Positions 29,678 through 38,820 of a stretch of DNA of 64,000 bases are shown here, in pieces. This DNA comes from an uncultured virus (IMG/VR IMGVR_UViG_3300023214_000431) (taxonomy: Duplodnaviria > Heunggongvirae > Uroviricota > Caudoviricetes), in the IMG/VR virus record IMGVR_UViG_3300023214_000431. One strand, written 5' to 3'. Under the pieces are notes generated by a model. It did not search any database and was not told the origin of the DNA. It was given only the letters and a program-made list of their open reading frames with translations. A program made the translations under genes and the position numbers. Within the stretch, counting starts at the first letter, position 1. Each line of letters opens with the position of its first letter.

Positions 29678-30171
29678 TGGAAGACGACCTCTACAAGATC
29701 CTGGGGCTCAACCCTGAAGATGATGGAAGCATCATCAAAAAGCGGTATCGCCAGCTTGCGCGCGAGCTGCATCCAGATGCGACAGGAGGCAACCCTGTCA
29801 AGGCCGAGCGGTTTCAGAAGGTAGCCATTGCATACGCGGTTTTGAGCAACGAGGCCAAGCGCGCTGAGTATGATAGAGAGAGAGAGCGAGCCGCTAGAAC
29901 CCCATCATCCACGTCGCCTTTCACGAGTCTTTTTGGCGAAGAGTTCGAGGACCTCATCGACCGCATCAACACAGAAGGGTTCAATGCGGAAGTGCTGGAC
30001 GACTTCTTGACCTTCGGCCAGAAGTTCCACCGTGATGCGCCAGAACGGATGCGGAAAGTCGCTGAAGAAAAAACTGAAGCCGCACGCAAAAGTCCAAAGG
30101 TGGGGCAGCTATTCGACTTTATCGAGGACCTCTTTGGCCTCGGTAACCCGCGTCCCAAGCGCAAGCGATGA
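29677..30171 (+). CDS. J-domain (DnaJ-type) protein
   Basis: DLYKILGL, IKKRYRQLARELHPD, AYAVLS...RAEYD. Confidence 0.9.
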   Translation: MEDDLYKILGLNPEDDGSIIKKRYRQLARELHPDATGGNPVKAERFQKVAIAYAVLSNEAKRAEYDRERERAARTPSSTSPFTSLFGEEFEDLIDRINTEGFNAEVLDDFLTFGQKFHRDAPERMRKVAEEKTEAARKSPKVGQLFDFIEDLFGLGNPRPKRKR

Positions 30172-30836
30172 TGACCAAGACGAAGATGCTCGAAACCTTT
30201 CGCACACAGCATGTGGAAGGTTGTGAGCGTTGCGACCTGTGCATCAACCGACAGAAAATCGTCTTCGCACGAGGCGACGCCAACTCGCCGGTAATGTTCA
30301 TCGGTGAAGCGCCTGGAGAAGAAGAGGACAAAGCGGGTCTTCCCTTTGTCGGCAACGCGGGTCAACTGCTCAACGATTACCTCGGGCTCATAAAGTGGAG
30401 TCCTGAGATGGTTTACGTTGCAAACGTCGTCAAGTGTCGCCCGCCTGCCAATCGCGATCCAAGCGCCCAAGAGCGAGAGGCGTGTTTCCCTTTTCTTCAA
30501 ACCCAAATTGCGGTTGTCGCGCCACAAGTGATCGTGACTCTGGGCAACGTGGCCACCCGCGCCCTCATCGGACAAGATCTGAGTGGCATCACGACCATCC
30601 GAGGCATCTGGATGAAGTACCAGTGCATCGACGTGATGCCTACGCTTCACCCTTCGTTCGTCTTGCACCAGCCTTCGGGCAAGCGCTACCTGCTCAAAGA
30701 CTTGAAGGCTGTAAAGAGCCGTCTGAAAAAAGGTGGGTCACACGCTATAATGGCCTCATGCGCGAAGTATCAGGCGTGGTGGTCATCCAACGACAAGACG
30801 GCAAAGTCTTGGGTGTTTCCCGTGGTCGTGGGGTGA
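30168..30836 (+). CDS. Uracil-DNA glycosylase family 4 (Fe-S)
   Basis: CERCDL, IGEAPG..ED..G.PFVG.AG, NVVKCRPP.NRDP, TLHPS. Confidence 0.92.
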   Translation: MMTKTKMLETFRTQHVEGCERCDLCINRQKIVFARGDANSPVMFIGEAPGEEEDKAGLPFVGNAGQLLNDYLGLIKWSPEMVYVANVVKCRPPANRDPSAQEREACFPFLQTQIAVVAPQVIVTLGNVATRALIGQDLSGITTIRGIWMKYQCIDVMPTLHPSFVLHQPSGKRYLLKDLKAVKSRLKKGGSHAIMASCAKYQAWWSSNDKTAKSWVFPVVVG

Positions 30837-31174
30837 ACCGGTGGGGGCTGCCTGGCGGTCGAGTTGAAGGTGGGGAGACACCCGCCGAAGGCGCCGCACG
30901 CGAACTCATGGAAGAAACCGGACTCGAACTCGAAGATGGCGCGCTGCTAACAGTGCTCAAATCTCCAGATCGGGAGGTCTACGTTGTGTTCGCGACTCGG
31001 GTGATTGGGCGCGCGAAACCGTATTCCGACGAAGGTGATGTGCGGTGGAAGCGCTGGGGCGCGTTGATTGACGAGACACCTTTCCGGCGCGAGATTTTGG
31101 CCATCATGCGGGCGATAGACAAGGCCGACTTGCAAACGGTAGCGACCGAACGCCGTCGATCTGACCTTCCTTGA
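30758..31174 (+). CDS. NUDIX hydrolase
   Basis: Nudix box GGRVEGGETPAEGAARELMEETGL; leaderless start 6 nt after TATAAT. Confidence 0.85.
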   Translation: MREVSGVVVIQRQDGKVLGVSRGRGVNRWGLPGGRVEGGETPAEGAARELMEETGLELEDGALLTVLKSPDREVYVVFATRVIGRAKPYSDEGDVRWKRWGALIDETPFRREILAIMRAIDKADLQTVATERRRSDLP

Positions 31175-31299
31175 TGCGGAAGAGCGGACGACCAGTTTCG
31201 TCGATACCGCAAGGTTCGGTTTTGATTTTTGCCATAGTGCAGAATCTTATCATAGGCCCTTGTCAATGTGTCCACAAAATGGTACACATCAAATCGCAT

Positions 31300-31488
31300 A
31301 TGAAAACCGCTGGAAAACGCGAGGTACGGGAGAACTTCTCGGCCTTCCTGGATGATGCCCAAACCGAGACCATCCTCGTGCTGGACCGGGGCAAGCCCTA
31401 TGCGCTCATTCAGGGAGTCGAAGGCTGGAAGCTCGAAGACGTAGTGGCAGATGAGCACAAGCCCAAACCTTCCAGAAAGAAGAAGTAA
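31300..31488 (+). CDS. Phd/YefM-like antitoxin-domain protein (no toxin partner seen)
   Basis: MKTAGKREVRENFSAFLDDAQ.E.ILVLDRGKP.ALI. Confidence 0.65.
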   Translation: MKTAGKREVRENFSAFLDDAQTETILVLDRGKPYALIQGVEGWKLEDVVADEHKPKPSRKKK

Positions 31489-31847
31489 TGTTCATCCCCC
31501 TGTCTGCCAAGCTCGAAGCGATGGACAAGTGGCGAGCGCAGTGGAAATCGCTAGCGCCAAAGCCCGACATGGAAATCCACGTTGAGTGTGCCACTTGTAC
31601 GCGCAAAGCTCATGCGACCTGGAAGTCACTCGAAAACAAAGGCTGGCTGCTGTCCATCACAACAGCAAGCATGATCATCTACCCCAAGCTGGTAGGTACA
31701 CGCACGTATTGGTGCTCTGTGTCCTGCATGGAGAATCACACACGTCTGCAAGAGTGCGGTCTCGATGCCCGTCAGCATTTCGACGAAGCCACCCGGAGTT
31801 ATCTGTACCCGCTTCCAACCTGCAACGCTCCAGGAGGCGAGACATGA
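31488..31847 (+). CDS. Zn-finger hypothetical protein
   Basis: CATC...CSVSC. Confidence 0.5.
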   Translation: MFIPLSAKLEAMDKWRAQWKSLAPKPDMEIHVECATCTRKAHATWKSLENKGWLLSITTASMIIYPKLVGTRTYWCSVSCMENHTRLQECGLDARQHFDEATRSYLYPLPTCNAPGGET

Positions 31848-32047
31848 TGACCGAAAAGGAAATGGCGAAAGAGAATCGCAAGTTCTACATCCGTCTTGCG
31901 CTCTGGGCATTGGGCGGTGTATTGACCGGCTACTTCGCGACCGAGCTGGTCGAAATCGCTGAAGGGGCAAGGTTCTTTATCACCACCGCCACAGGTCTGA
32001 TCGCAGGCTTCATCTGCATCCTGCATACCAACTTCAAGCCGATGTAG
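31844..32047 (+). CDS. Small two-TM membrane protein
   Basis: GGAGG SD; two hydrophobic segments. Confidence 0.55.
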   Translation: MMTEKEMAKENRKFYIRLALWALGGVLTGYFATELVEIAEGARFFITTATGLIAGFICILHTNFKPM

Positions 32048-32128
32048 CTCAAAAGGAAGAGCACCCCACCAACAATGTCTGCACGCATGGTTGCAAGGTA
32101 GATGCAGGTTCGAGTCCTGCCATCGGCG
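32038..32128 (+). tRNA. tRNA-like RNA with an extended non-canonical anticodon arm (identity undetermined)
   Basis: Acceptor GCCGATG/CATCGGC, D-arm GCTC-AAAAGGAA-GAGC, T-arm GCAGG-TTCGAGT-CCTGC; 40 nt between position 26 and the T-stem instead of ~22; no encoded CCA. Confidence 0.7.
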
Positions 32129-32130
32129 CT

Positions 32131-32223
32131 GAGTGCTAAAGGTCCAAAGTCGCTAAAAATCTGGTTGCTGGTTCGGCTGTCAAAACGAACAAACAAAACC
32201 GGGCCTTTAGCACTCTCTTTTTT
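32131..32223 (+). ncRNA. Long stem-loop or terminator after the tRNA-like gene
   Basis: GAGTGCTAAAGGTCC (32131-45) pairs with GGGCCTTTAGCACTC (32201-15); inner GTTCG/CGAAC; followed by a T run. Confidence 0.45.
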
Positions 32224-32257
32224 CACACCAACCCCCAACACCCAAGGAACCTATACG

Positions 32258-32590
32258 ATGAAAGAAAAGCTGTTTGAAAAAGGCGATACCGTCACCTGGA
32301 CCAGTCAGGCCAGTGGCACTCCGAAAACCAAAACCGGTACCGTCATCTATGTCTTGTCGACAGGCGAGCGGATTCCCGAGTCCGTTTTGGCTGAAGGGCG
32401 TGCGCAATTCGACATGGCATCCATGCGGTCGACTCGCGAGCACCCTTCCTACGTGGTGAAGGTCGAGCGCACCTCGAAGGCAACCGGTAAACCCATCAAG
32501 CCTTTCCTCTACTGGCCTATCGTTAGCCAGTTGGAAAAAGTTGACGCGACGGTGAAGACCGACGAAGTGTCCTACTACCCCGCAGCCTGA
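32258..32590 (+). CDS. Hypothetical SH3-like phage protein
   Basis: FEKGDTVTWTSQA.G..K.KTG.V...SYVVKV...LYWP.VSQL. Confidence 0.6.
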   Translation: MKEKLFEKGDTVTWTSQASGTPKTKTGTVIYVLSTGERIPESVLAEGRAQFDMASMRSTREHPSYVVKVERTSKATGKPIKPFLYWPIVSQLEKVDATVKTDEVSYYPAA

Positions 32591-32625
32591 AAAAACATCT
32601 CCGAACCTCTCAAGGAACACACGCA

Positions 32626-33255
32626 ATGGAACTTCTCAGCATTGAAAAACTCACTGACACGGCGGCCCCCTGGGCGCACGCTGTTCACGACCAGGCGAAA
32701 GCCAAAGGTTGGTGGAAAGATGGCGTCGAAGAGCGCAGCCCCGGCAACACCATCTTTCTCATGATCTCGGAACTGTCCGAGTCCTTTGAGGTCTACCGCC
32801 TCCCAGATCGGGAAATCGCCGACATCTGGATGGAGCCGACCAAGGAAAACCCCGAGGTCAAAAAGCCCGAAGGCTTGCCCGTTGAGCTGGCCGACACCAT
32901 TATTCGGTGCTTGGACCACATCGCCGCTCTCGCGCCGACCTGTGGTGGTGACGCCATCATCCAAATCAGCGCGCTCGATGCGTTGGATGACAAGCCCCAG
33001 ATCAACCCGGAAACGGTGTATGGCGACATCATGATGGCCATCACCAAGATGCTCTGTGGCGCCCACAACGCTTTCTTCACCGAGAACAGCAGCAAGGAGC
33101 GCAACCGCCGTCGCGCCATCCGTCAGTTGATGGGCGTTGTCGTCACCATTCTTGCCATGAGCGATGCGCTCAGCCTGGATGTGCCAAAGGCTGTGGAACT
33201 CAAGCACGCCTACAACGGCACTCGCTCCCAGCGGCACGGAGGGAAGAAAGCGTGA
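32626..33255 (+). CDS. MazG-like NTP pyrophosphohydrolase
   Basis: AKAKGWW, LMISELSE..E.YR, KPEGLPVELAD.IIRCLD, K.AYN.TR..RHGGK. Confidence 0.8.
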   Translation: MELLSIEKLTDTAAPWAHAVHDQAKAKGWWKDGVEERSPGNTIFLMISELSESFEVYRLPDREIADIWMEPTKENPEVKKPEGLPVELADTIIRCLDHIAALAPTCGGDAIIQISALDALDDKPQINPETVYGDIMMAITKMLCGAHNAFFTENSSKERNRRRAIRQLMGVVVTILAMSDALSLDVPKAVELKHAYNGTRSQRHGGKKA

Positions 33256-33614
33256 AACTCGCAGAGGTCCATCCGGTCCTCAAGCAAGCGCTCGGCTTCT
33301 TCGAGACCTTCCGCAAGATGGGTTTCACACCTGATGAAATCTTTGTTGCCTACGATCGAATGGGACAAGCCGGGCGCGTACAGGTTGTTCTGAAGGCCCA
33401 AGACAAGACGTTCTCTTGCGACGCAGGGCTCGTGACGTTCGACGGAGACAGGTTCAAGGAGCTTTGGGCCGAAGCGTCCGAGGTTTGGAATGGACAGGCG
33501 TCGGATGAAGAGCGAGAGCAACTCTGGAACGAATCGTGGGTCCGGAAGAACGCAACAAACTTCATCCTGGCTCTCGCAGCCAGAGGGTTCAATTTCAACA
33601 AGAACCTGAACTGA
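33252..33614 (+). CDS. Hypothetical protein
   Basis: GTGA coupling. Confidence 0.55.
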   Translation: MKLAEVHPVLKQALGFFETFRKMGFTPDEIFVAYDRMGQAGRVQVVLKAQDKTFSCDAGLVTFDGDRFKELWAEASEVWNGQASDEEREQLWNESWVRKNATNFILALAARGFNFNKNLN

Positions 33615-33641
33615 AAAAACCACACGAAGAAGGAGCACAAA

Positions 33642-34031
33642 ATGGAACACTACAGACAGGGTGATGTTCTCATCATCAAGCTGCCCGAAGACGCGAAGAT
33701 TCGCGAAGAGGCAGAGGCCATGAAGCCTGACAAGAACTTGGGTGTAGTCCTGGCCTATGGTGAAGTCACAGGTCATGCTCACCGACTCGATGCGAGTGTG
33801 TGCTCGCTATACGCTGAGGAAGATGCTGTCGAAGGTTTCTCGGTTCAAGAAGCTCTCATGCCCATCGGTGGCGGCATGGTTCCCCAGCCAACCGACCGCC
33901 TCTTGGACGTGAAGAAGGCGACCTTTCTCACGCACGATGAGCACGATCCGATTCAGCTCACCGAAGGAACCTACTTGGTTCGTCGGCAGCGCGAATACGA
34001 TCCGGAAACCGAACGTCTAGTTGCGGACTAA
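33642..34031 (+). CDS. Conserved phage-type hypothetical protein, usual upstream partner of DUF6745
   Basis: YRQGDVL, LAYGEVTGHAH, H.EH..I.L..G.Y.V.RQREY. Confidence 0.75.
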   Translation: MEHYRQGDVLIIKLPEDAKIREEAEAMKPDKNLGVVLAYGEVTGHAHRLDASVCSLYAEEDAVEGFSVQEALMPIGGGMVPQPTDRLLDVKKATFLTHDEHDPIQLTEGTYLVRRQREYDPETERLVAD

Positions 34032-34032
34032 C

Positions 34033-35271
34033 ATGCAAACTCGCAAGGTACGTCTCCCGCCCGCTCGTGGTTCTTTTGGTTCTTTCCAGATATTGCCCGA
34101 GCATCCCTCCATTCGTGGTAGCACGATTCCTTCTTCGCGCAGTGACGAAGAAAACTATCAAGACCTTTGGGCGGGACGTGCCTTGAACGAGTCTCCGGCG
34201 CAAAAGCCGCGCGCCGAAGCTGCTGTCAAAAGGCTCTACACGGCATGTGGCCTTCCACCACCCGACACGTTCATGTGGGTGAAGTCTCCGCGCGCGATGT
34301 TGCGGGTGGAAATCATGCTGCTGCAAGAGCGGGAAAACCCCGCTGCTACACGAGGGTGGGAACTACTCCAGCAGATTCGCAGCCATCTGTCGGTCAAGGA
34401 TGCCGGTCCTTATTGGCAGGACTTCCTGGGCCCACGTTTCACGGGCTTGCTCGGTTGTTCTTTGGATGGTCGTGTGACTTGGAGTTGCAATGCTCTGGCC
34501 CAGGTGATGGAAAACATCCTGAGTCGCATAGCGATGGAGCTAGCGGACTATGGCGGCAAACAACCGGTGGTAACACCGCTTGGTCCAATGGTCAGCGCTG
34601 GAACTCAAATCTTCGAGCACGTCCGAGATCTAAGGATGAGCCAGCTTTGCGGCCAGTTCTTCGCTAGCAAGGTAGCATACATGCTCGCGCCATCCCACAC
34701 GCTCACGAAAGAAAGTTCCATCACCACTAACGCTTTCGCCGACTTGGTTTCGGCGGCGTCCTTCTGGTTTCCTTTCCGTGGATTCTGCGTGATGTCCGAG
34801 CGTCCTACGACGATAGCTCTTGACGAAAGCGCACGGCTCCACAACCTCAAGGGTCCGGCTCTGAAATGGCCAGATGGCTTCTCGATTCACGCCGTCGCAG
34901 GGCTGGCCATCAATCCGCAGTTCATCGAAAATCCTGAGACGCTTACGGTTACGCGCATCGAGGATGAAAACAATACTGAGATCAGAAGAGCGATGATTCA
35001 GCTCTACGGCGAGCAGCGCTTCTTGAAAGACTCGGGAGCTGAAGTGGTCAGCTATGGTCGCGATGGGGCCAAGCTGTGGGCGCGGAGTTTTGCAGCAGAC
35101 GACAATGGTCCTTTCCAGATGGTGGAGTTGAAAAACTCGACACCCGAGCCAGATGGCTCCATTAAAACGTACTTCCTGCGCGTCCCTCCAACCGTGCAAA
35201 CAGCGGACGCCGCTATTGCATGGACCTTTGGCTTGGACGGGAAGGCTTACAAACCCGAGAAGGAGACCTGA
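34033..35271 (+). CDS. DUF6745-like domain protein
   Basis: SERPT.I.LD...RLH...GPA..WPDG, I..E.N.EIRR.MI, NSTPEPDGS.K.YFLRVPP. Confidence 0.75.
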   Translation: MQTRKVRLPPARGSFGSFQILPEHPSIRGSTIPSSRSDEENYQDLWAGRALNESPAQKPRAEAAVKRLYTACGLPPPDTFMWVKSPRAMLRVEIMLLQERENPAATRGWELLQQIRSHLSVKDAGPYWQDFLGPRFTGLLGCSLDGRVTWSCNALAQVMENILSRIAMELADYGGKQPVVTPLGPMVSAGTQIFEHVRDLRMSQLCGQFFASKVAYMLAPSHTLTKESSITTNAFADLVSAASFWFPFRGFCVMSERPTTIALDESARLHNLKGPALKWPDGFSIHAVAGLAINPQFIENPETLTVTRIEDENNTEIRRAMIQLYGEQRFLKDSGAEVVSYGRDGAKLWARSFAADDNGPFQMVELKNSTPEPDGSIKTYFLRVPPTVQTADAAIAWTFGLDGKAYKPEKET

Positions 35272-35566
35272 TGTCAGAACCCATTCCATTGCTGCTCAAG
35301 TGTCCCGAATGCAGCAAGCGCCACATCGACCGGGCTTCAAGGATGAAGAGCCGCCCCAGGTTCAACGAATCATCGAAGGCATCGTCCACTTCGATCTCCT
35401 ACTCAAGCAAGTTGATCGTGGTCGCCCGACCCCAGGGTCAACTCCAAACATGCATGGCATGACCCTGGCTGGCGACGCTCAAGATCGGATTTTGAAAGAG
35501 CTGGGGCCTTTCGTCGAAGCTGTCAAGAGCTACCTCCTGGGCACCGAAGATCCACCGACCGGATAG
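35271..35566 (+). pseudogene. Small Zn-binding protein apparently split by an out-of-frame deletion near 35330
   Basis: Coupled start gives PIPLLLKCPEC..RHID with no second Cys pair; protein-like start-less frame PGFKDEE... continues to 35566. Confidence 0.35.
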
Positions 35567-35572
35567 CAGGCA

Positions 35573-36319
35573 ATGATGACCTCACCCAACCGCGATCCCA
35601 AACTGATCTCCCGTATCCAAAAGCTATTGGGGCTCACCCGCAGTGGCAACTTGCACGAAGCCCAGAGCGCCTCGAAACAGGCTCACAAGCTGATGGAAGA
35701 GCACGGCCTGTCGATGGTCGATGTCCTGGAAACCAAGGGCGGCATTTTCGAGCTGAAGCTCAAGGGCCACAAGTTCCTGGAGGTCTGGCGCTGGGGGCTG
35801 TTGACGGCGTGTGCCTGGTCGAATGAAGCTCACACGGTGCGCATCGAAGAAACGCTGGGGGACGGAAGCCGAATCGTGGTAGCACACATACTCGGCACGA
35901 AAGACACCGCAGCGAAGACCTACAAGATGTTCACCCACTTCGAGAGCGAGATGGATCATGCCTCTCGCGAAGCCGTCAAAAGCGGCAACGTCATTGGCTC
36001 TGTCGAGCTGGATAGTTGGCGTCGAGGCGCGGTCGTGGGGATTCAGCAACGCATTCTCGCGAAGAGTAGCGATGCGGGTCCATCGCTCGAATTGAAGAGC
36101 CGGGCTCTGGTCATCACCAAGCGAGCCAAAGAGAAAATCAAAGAGCACGTCAAGACTGAGTACAAGGGCAAGACTTACCGCCCAACCATGTGGAAAGTCA
36201 GCACCGACTACACGGCCTACGAACAGGGTCAAGAGTTCGGCCGCACCGTGAGCCTTCCCGATGAAAATCAAAAGCAGATCGACGAATCCGAAGACAAAAA
36301 AGAAGAGGCAGCCTCGTAA
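35573..36319 (+). CDS. DUF2786-domain protein
   Basis: RIQKLLGL..S.N.HEA.SA..QA.KLMEEHGL; C-terminal AY.QG..G. Confidence 0.75.
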   Translation: MMTSPNRDPKLISRIQKLLGLTRSGNLHEAQSASKQAHKLMEEHGLSMVDVLETKGGIFELKLKGHKFLEVWRWGLLTACAWSNEAHTVRIEETLGDGSRIVVAHILGTKDTAAKTYKMFTHFESEMDHASREAVKSGNVIGSVELDSWRRGAVVGIQQRILAKSSDAGPSLELKSRALVITKRAKEKIKEHVKTEYKGKTYRPTMWKVSTDYTAYEQGQEFGRTVSLPDENQKQIDESEDKKEEAAS

Positions 36320-36482
36320 CTGCGAGGCTTGCGGCGGCTCGCTTGTAGTCGTCGAGCGCAAAGAAACGACGGCGCACGCAGGTCCGTGTCCCTTCTGCCT
36401 TTTCGACTTCGATCATTTCGTACATTCTCACGGCTTCCGCTTTCCACCCCGTAACGTTCTTGCCTAACCACCGGAGAAAAAA

Positions 36483-36722
36483 GTGCTCAACAAGCAAGGT
36501 CTCAGAATCCTCGACACCCCCGACATCACTATCGTCCTTTTTCCTGAACTCAGAGGCAAACACGACTGTCGGCACTGGCGTCAGCGCAAGGAAGTGGACG
36601 CGGCCACGGGCGAAAGCGAGGAAATCTACCGCTGTGTGATCTGCGGAGACCGCTGGCCAAAGACCATCGTGGCATCCCCGACCACCAACCTCGGCTCGAA
36701 GCTCAAGGGCGCGGTTCAATGA
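36483..36722 (+). CDS. Small Zn-ribbon protein
   Basis: CRHW...YRCVICG; GGAG SD. Confidence 0.45.
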   Translation: MLNKQGLRILDTPDITIVLFPELRGKHDCRHWRQRKEVDAATGESEEIYRCVICGDRWPKTIVASPTTNLGSKLKGAVQ

Positions 36723-37729
36723 AGAAGCGCGTCCTCATCACAGGCGGCGCAGGGTTCATCGGTCAGCACCTGGCCGGTACGCTGGTCAGTCGTAGCGAAC
36801 AACATGAAATCGTCATCATGGACAACTTCTTTACCGGTTCGCGAGACAATCTAAAAACGCCATCCTTGTCCGGTTGCGAAGCCATTCGCCACGATGTCTG
36901 CGACCCATTCCACATCGAGGTCGATGAGATTTATCACCTGGCGTGTCCGGCTTCGCCTGTTCACTACCAACGCAACCCTGTGCGGACCATCGAGACCGCT
37001 GTCCTTGGCACCTCAAACGCCTTGCGGTGCGCCCGCGACGTGGGAGCAAAAATCTTCATTGCTTCCACGAGCGAAATCTATGGCGATCCTATCGTCCATC
37101 CTCAAACCGAGAACTACAACGGCAACGTGAGCACGCTCGGCCCACGCGCTTGTTACGACGAAGGAAAGCGCTGCGCCGAATCGCTCGCGATCTCCTATAT
37201 GAATCAGTACGGTGTCGACGTTCGCATCGCTCGCATCTTCAACACCTACGGTCCTGGAATGCAGTTCAACGACGGTCGTGTCGTCTCAAACTTTATCCAT
37301 CAAGCACTCCAAGACGAGCCGCTGACCATCTATGGCGATGGCAGCCAGACTCGCTCTTTCTGCTACGTCGCTGATTTGGTCAAGGGCATCCTCTCCTACA
37401 TGGAGATGGACAAAAAGCCAGATCAGGAAATGGTGGTGAACTTGGGCGATCCGAACGAGCGCACCATCGTCGATCTGGCTACCCTGGTCGCCGAAGGGGT
37501 CCGAGCCATTGGGCGCCCGGGACTGTCCAGGGGCACGCCTTTTCAGATACACGCGCCTGTCTTCAAGCCGCTCCCCAAAGACGATCCCGTCGTGCGGAAG
37601 CCGGATATTTCGCGAGCGCAGGAGTATTTTGGCTTCTCGCCGAGCTTCACCCTCAAAGAAGGTCTCGCAAATACGATCTCCAATTTCCACGCTCGGATGA
37701 GCAAGAAGGAACAGGCCCTCTACACGTAG
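36719..37729 (+). CDS. UDP-glucuronate decarboxylase (UDP-xylose synthase), extended SDR
   Basis: TGGAGFIG, IYHLACPASPVHYQ, ASTSEIYGDP, GPRACYDEGKR, RIFNTYGP, DGRVVSNF. Confidence 0.92.
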   Translation: MKKRVLITGGAGFIGQHLAGTLVSRSEQHEIVIMDNFFTGSRDNLKTPSLSGCEAIRHDVCDPFHIEVDEIYHLACPASPVHYQRNPVRTIETAVLGTSNALRCARDVGAKIFIASTSEIYGDPIVHPQTENYNGNVSTLGPRACYDEGKRCAESLAISYMNQYGVDVRIARIFNTYGPGMQFNDGRVVSNFIHQALQDEPLTIYGDGSQTRSFCYVADLVKGILSYMEMDKKPDQEMVVNLGDPNERTIVDLATLVAEGVRAIGRPGLSRGTPFQIHAPVFKPLPKDDPVVRKPDISRAQEYFGFSPSFTLKEGLANTISNFHARMSKKEQALYT

Positions 37730-37765
37730 GATTTTCTTCTTCGACCCGGCCTGTTAGACTTGACA

Positions 37766-37799
37766 GACCGGCATCGGCCTCCCCAAACCGATGCCGGTC
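37766..37799. repeat. Perfect 12-bp inverted repeat (hairpin, possible terminator)
   Basis: GACCGGCATCGG-N10-CCGATGCCGGTC, intergenic. Confidence 0.6.
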
Positions 37800-37886
37800 G
37801 ACAAACTTGCAAGTGGAAAAGGCCATGTATCCGATCTGTTTTTTCTTGGGGCTCGTCTTTGCGCGCCTCGCCGATAGGTTCGCGAG

Positions 37887-38174
37887 ATGAAGAACGGTCA
37901 TCAGAAGAAGCGTCTGCCCAGGCTCTACATCGGGAACCTCCCGTACTCGATGACTGGCGATGCGCTGGTTCAAGAGTTCACATCTCGGGGGTTTGCTGTA
38001 GGCAGCCCGCACATCGTCATCGACAAAGAATCGGGTCAGTCCAAAGGCTTCGCCTTCGTCGAGATGAAAAGCGACAACGAGGACCATGTTGCTGATGTCA
38101 TCAGCGCCATGAACGGCTCCGTCGTCGGAGGTCGAACCGTCAAGGTCGATCGGGCCCATGAAAGGTCGCGATGA
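37887..38174 (+). CDS. RRM RNA-binding protein (bacterial Rbp type)
   Basis: RNP2 LYIGNL, RNP1 KGFAFVEM, NG..VGGRTVKV..A. Confidence 0.9.
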   Translation: MKNGHQKKRLPRLYIGNLPYSMTGDALVQEFTSRGFAVGSPHIVIDKESGQSKGFAFVEMKSDNEDHVADVISAMNGSVVGGRTVKVDRAHERSR

Positions 38175-38310
38175 TTCGTCTTACGATTCCAGCCGTCGTC
38201 GCGCTTGCCGGGGCCGTTGTCCACCTCGTTGCTCCCGGCAAGTGGGCTGATTTAGGCAAGATGGCCTTCGGCGCAGGTCTTCTTGCCCTTCTATTATGAA
38301 AGGCGGGTTG

Positions 38311-38820
38311 ATGAGCGGACACTGGTCCACAGTTGAAACGAATGTTCTTCCAATCTCGGGAACAATTCCGGGCTTGTCGATGGCTGAGTTTTCAACAGCG
38401 GCTCAGGAGCCGTTTCGGGCGCGCCGTCTCGTCATTCCGTCCTACTTGAGCCCATCCTTCGAGGTTGTCGACATCAAGGTCGGGAAAAACTCTCAACTGG
38501 CTGGAGCTACAGGAGGTATTCCTGCTGCTGTATTCTCCGAAACGGCTTACGATACTGGGGTGTTCTTCGACAAAGCCGAGGTAGGCAAAAAGCTCAACAT
38601 CCAGATACGAAATACAACGCCAGGTTCTCGTTTTTTCTCCGCTGGAGTATTGGGAGACGTTTTCGTTACTGATGAAATTTCTGGCGAAGAGGAAGCTGAT
38701 GAAGAGATGTTGTACTGGCAAGCACTCGCCGAAGTTCCTCGTCGCTACGTGAGAAGAAAGCAACAACGAATCATTCGACCTCGCAGGGCTTCTCTCATCA
38801 CTTTTGGAGGGTGGCTCTAA
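38311..38820 (+). CDS. Beta-rich DIKVGxNSQ-family protein (candidate virion/jelly-roll-like)
   Basis: PFRARRLVIP...VVDIKVGKNSQL...IPAAVFSE; paralog of 41815-42273 and 54518-55237. Confidence 0.6.
   Translation: MSGHWSTVETNVLPISGTIPGLSMAEFSTAAQEPFRARRLVIPSYLSPSFEVVDIKVGKNSQLAGATGGIPAAVFSETAYDTGVFFDKAEVGKKLNIQIRNTTPGSRFFSAGVLGDVFVTDEISGEEEADEEMLYWQALAEVPRRYVRRKQQRIIRPRRASLITFGGWL

Noticed and set aside
32131..32215. CIRCE (HrcA) element
   Set aside because: The half-sites GAGTGCTAA and TTAGCACTC are in reverse order and about 67 nt apart rather than 9
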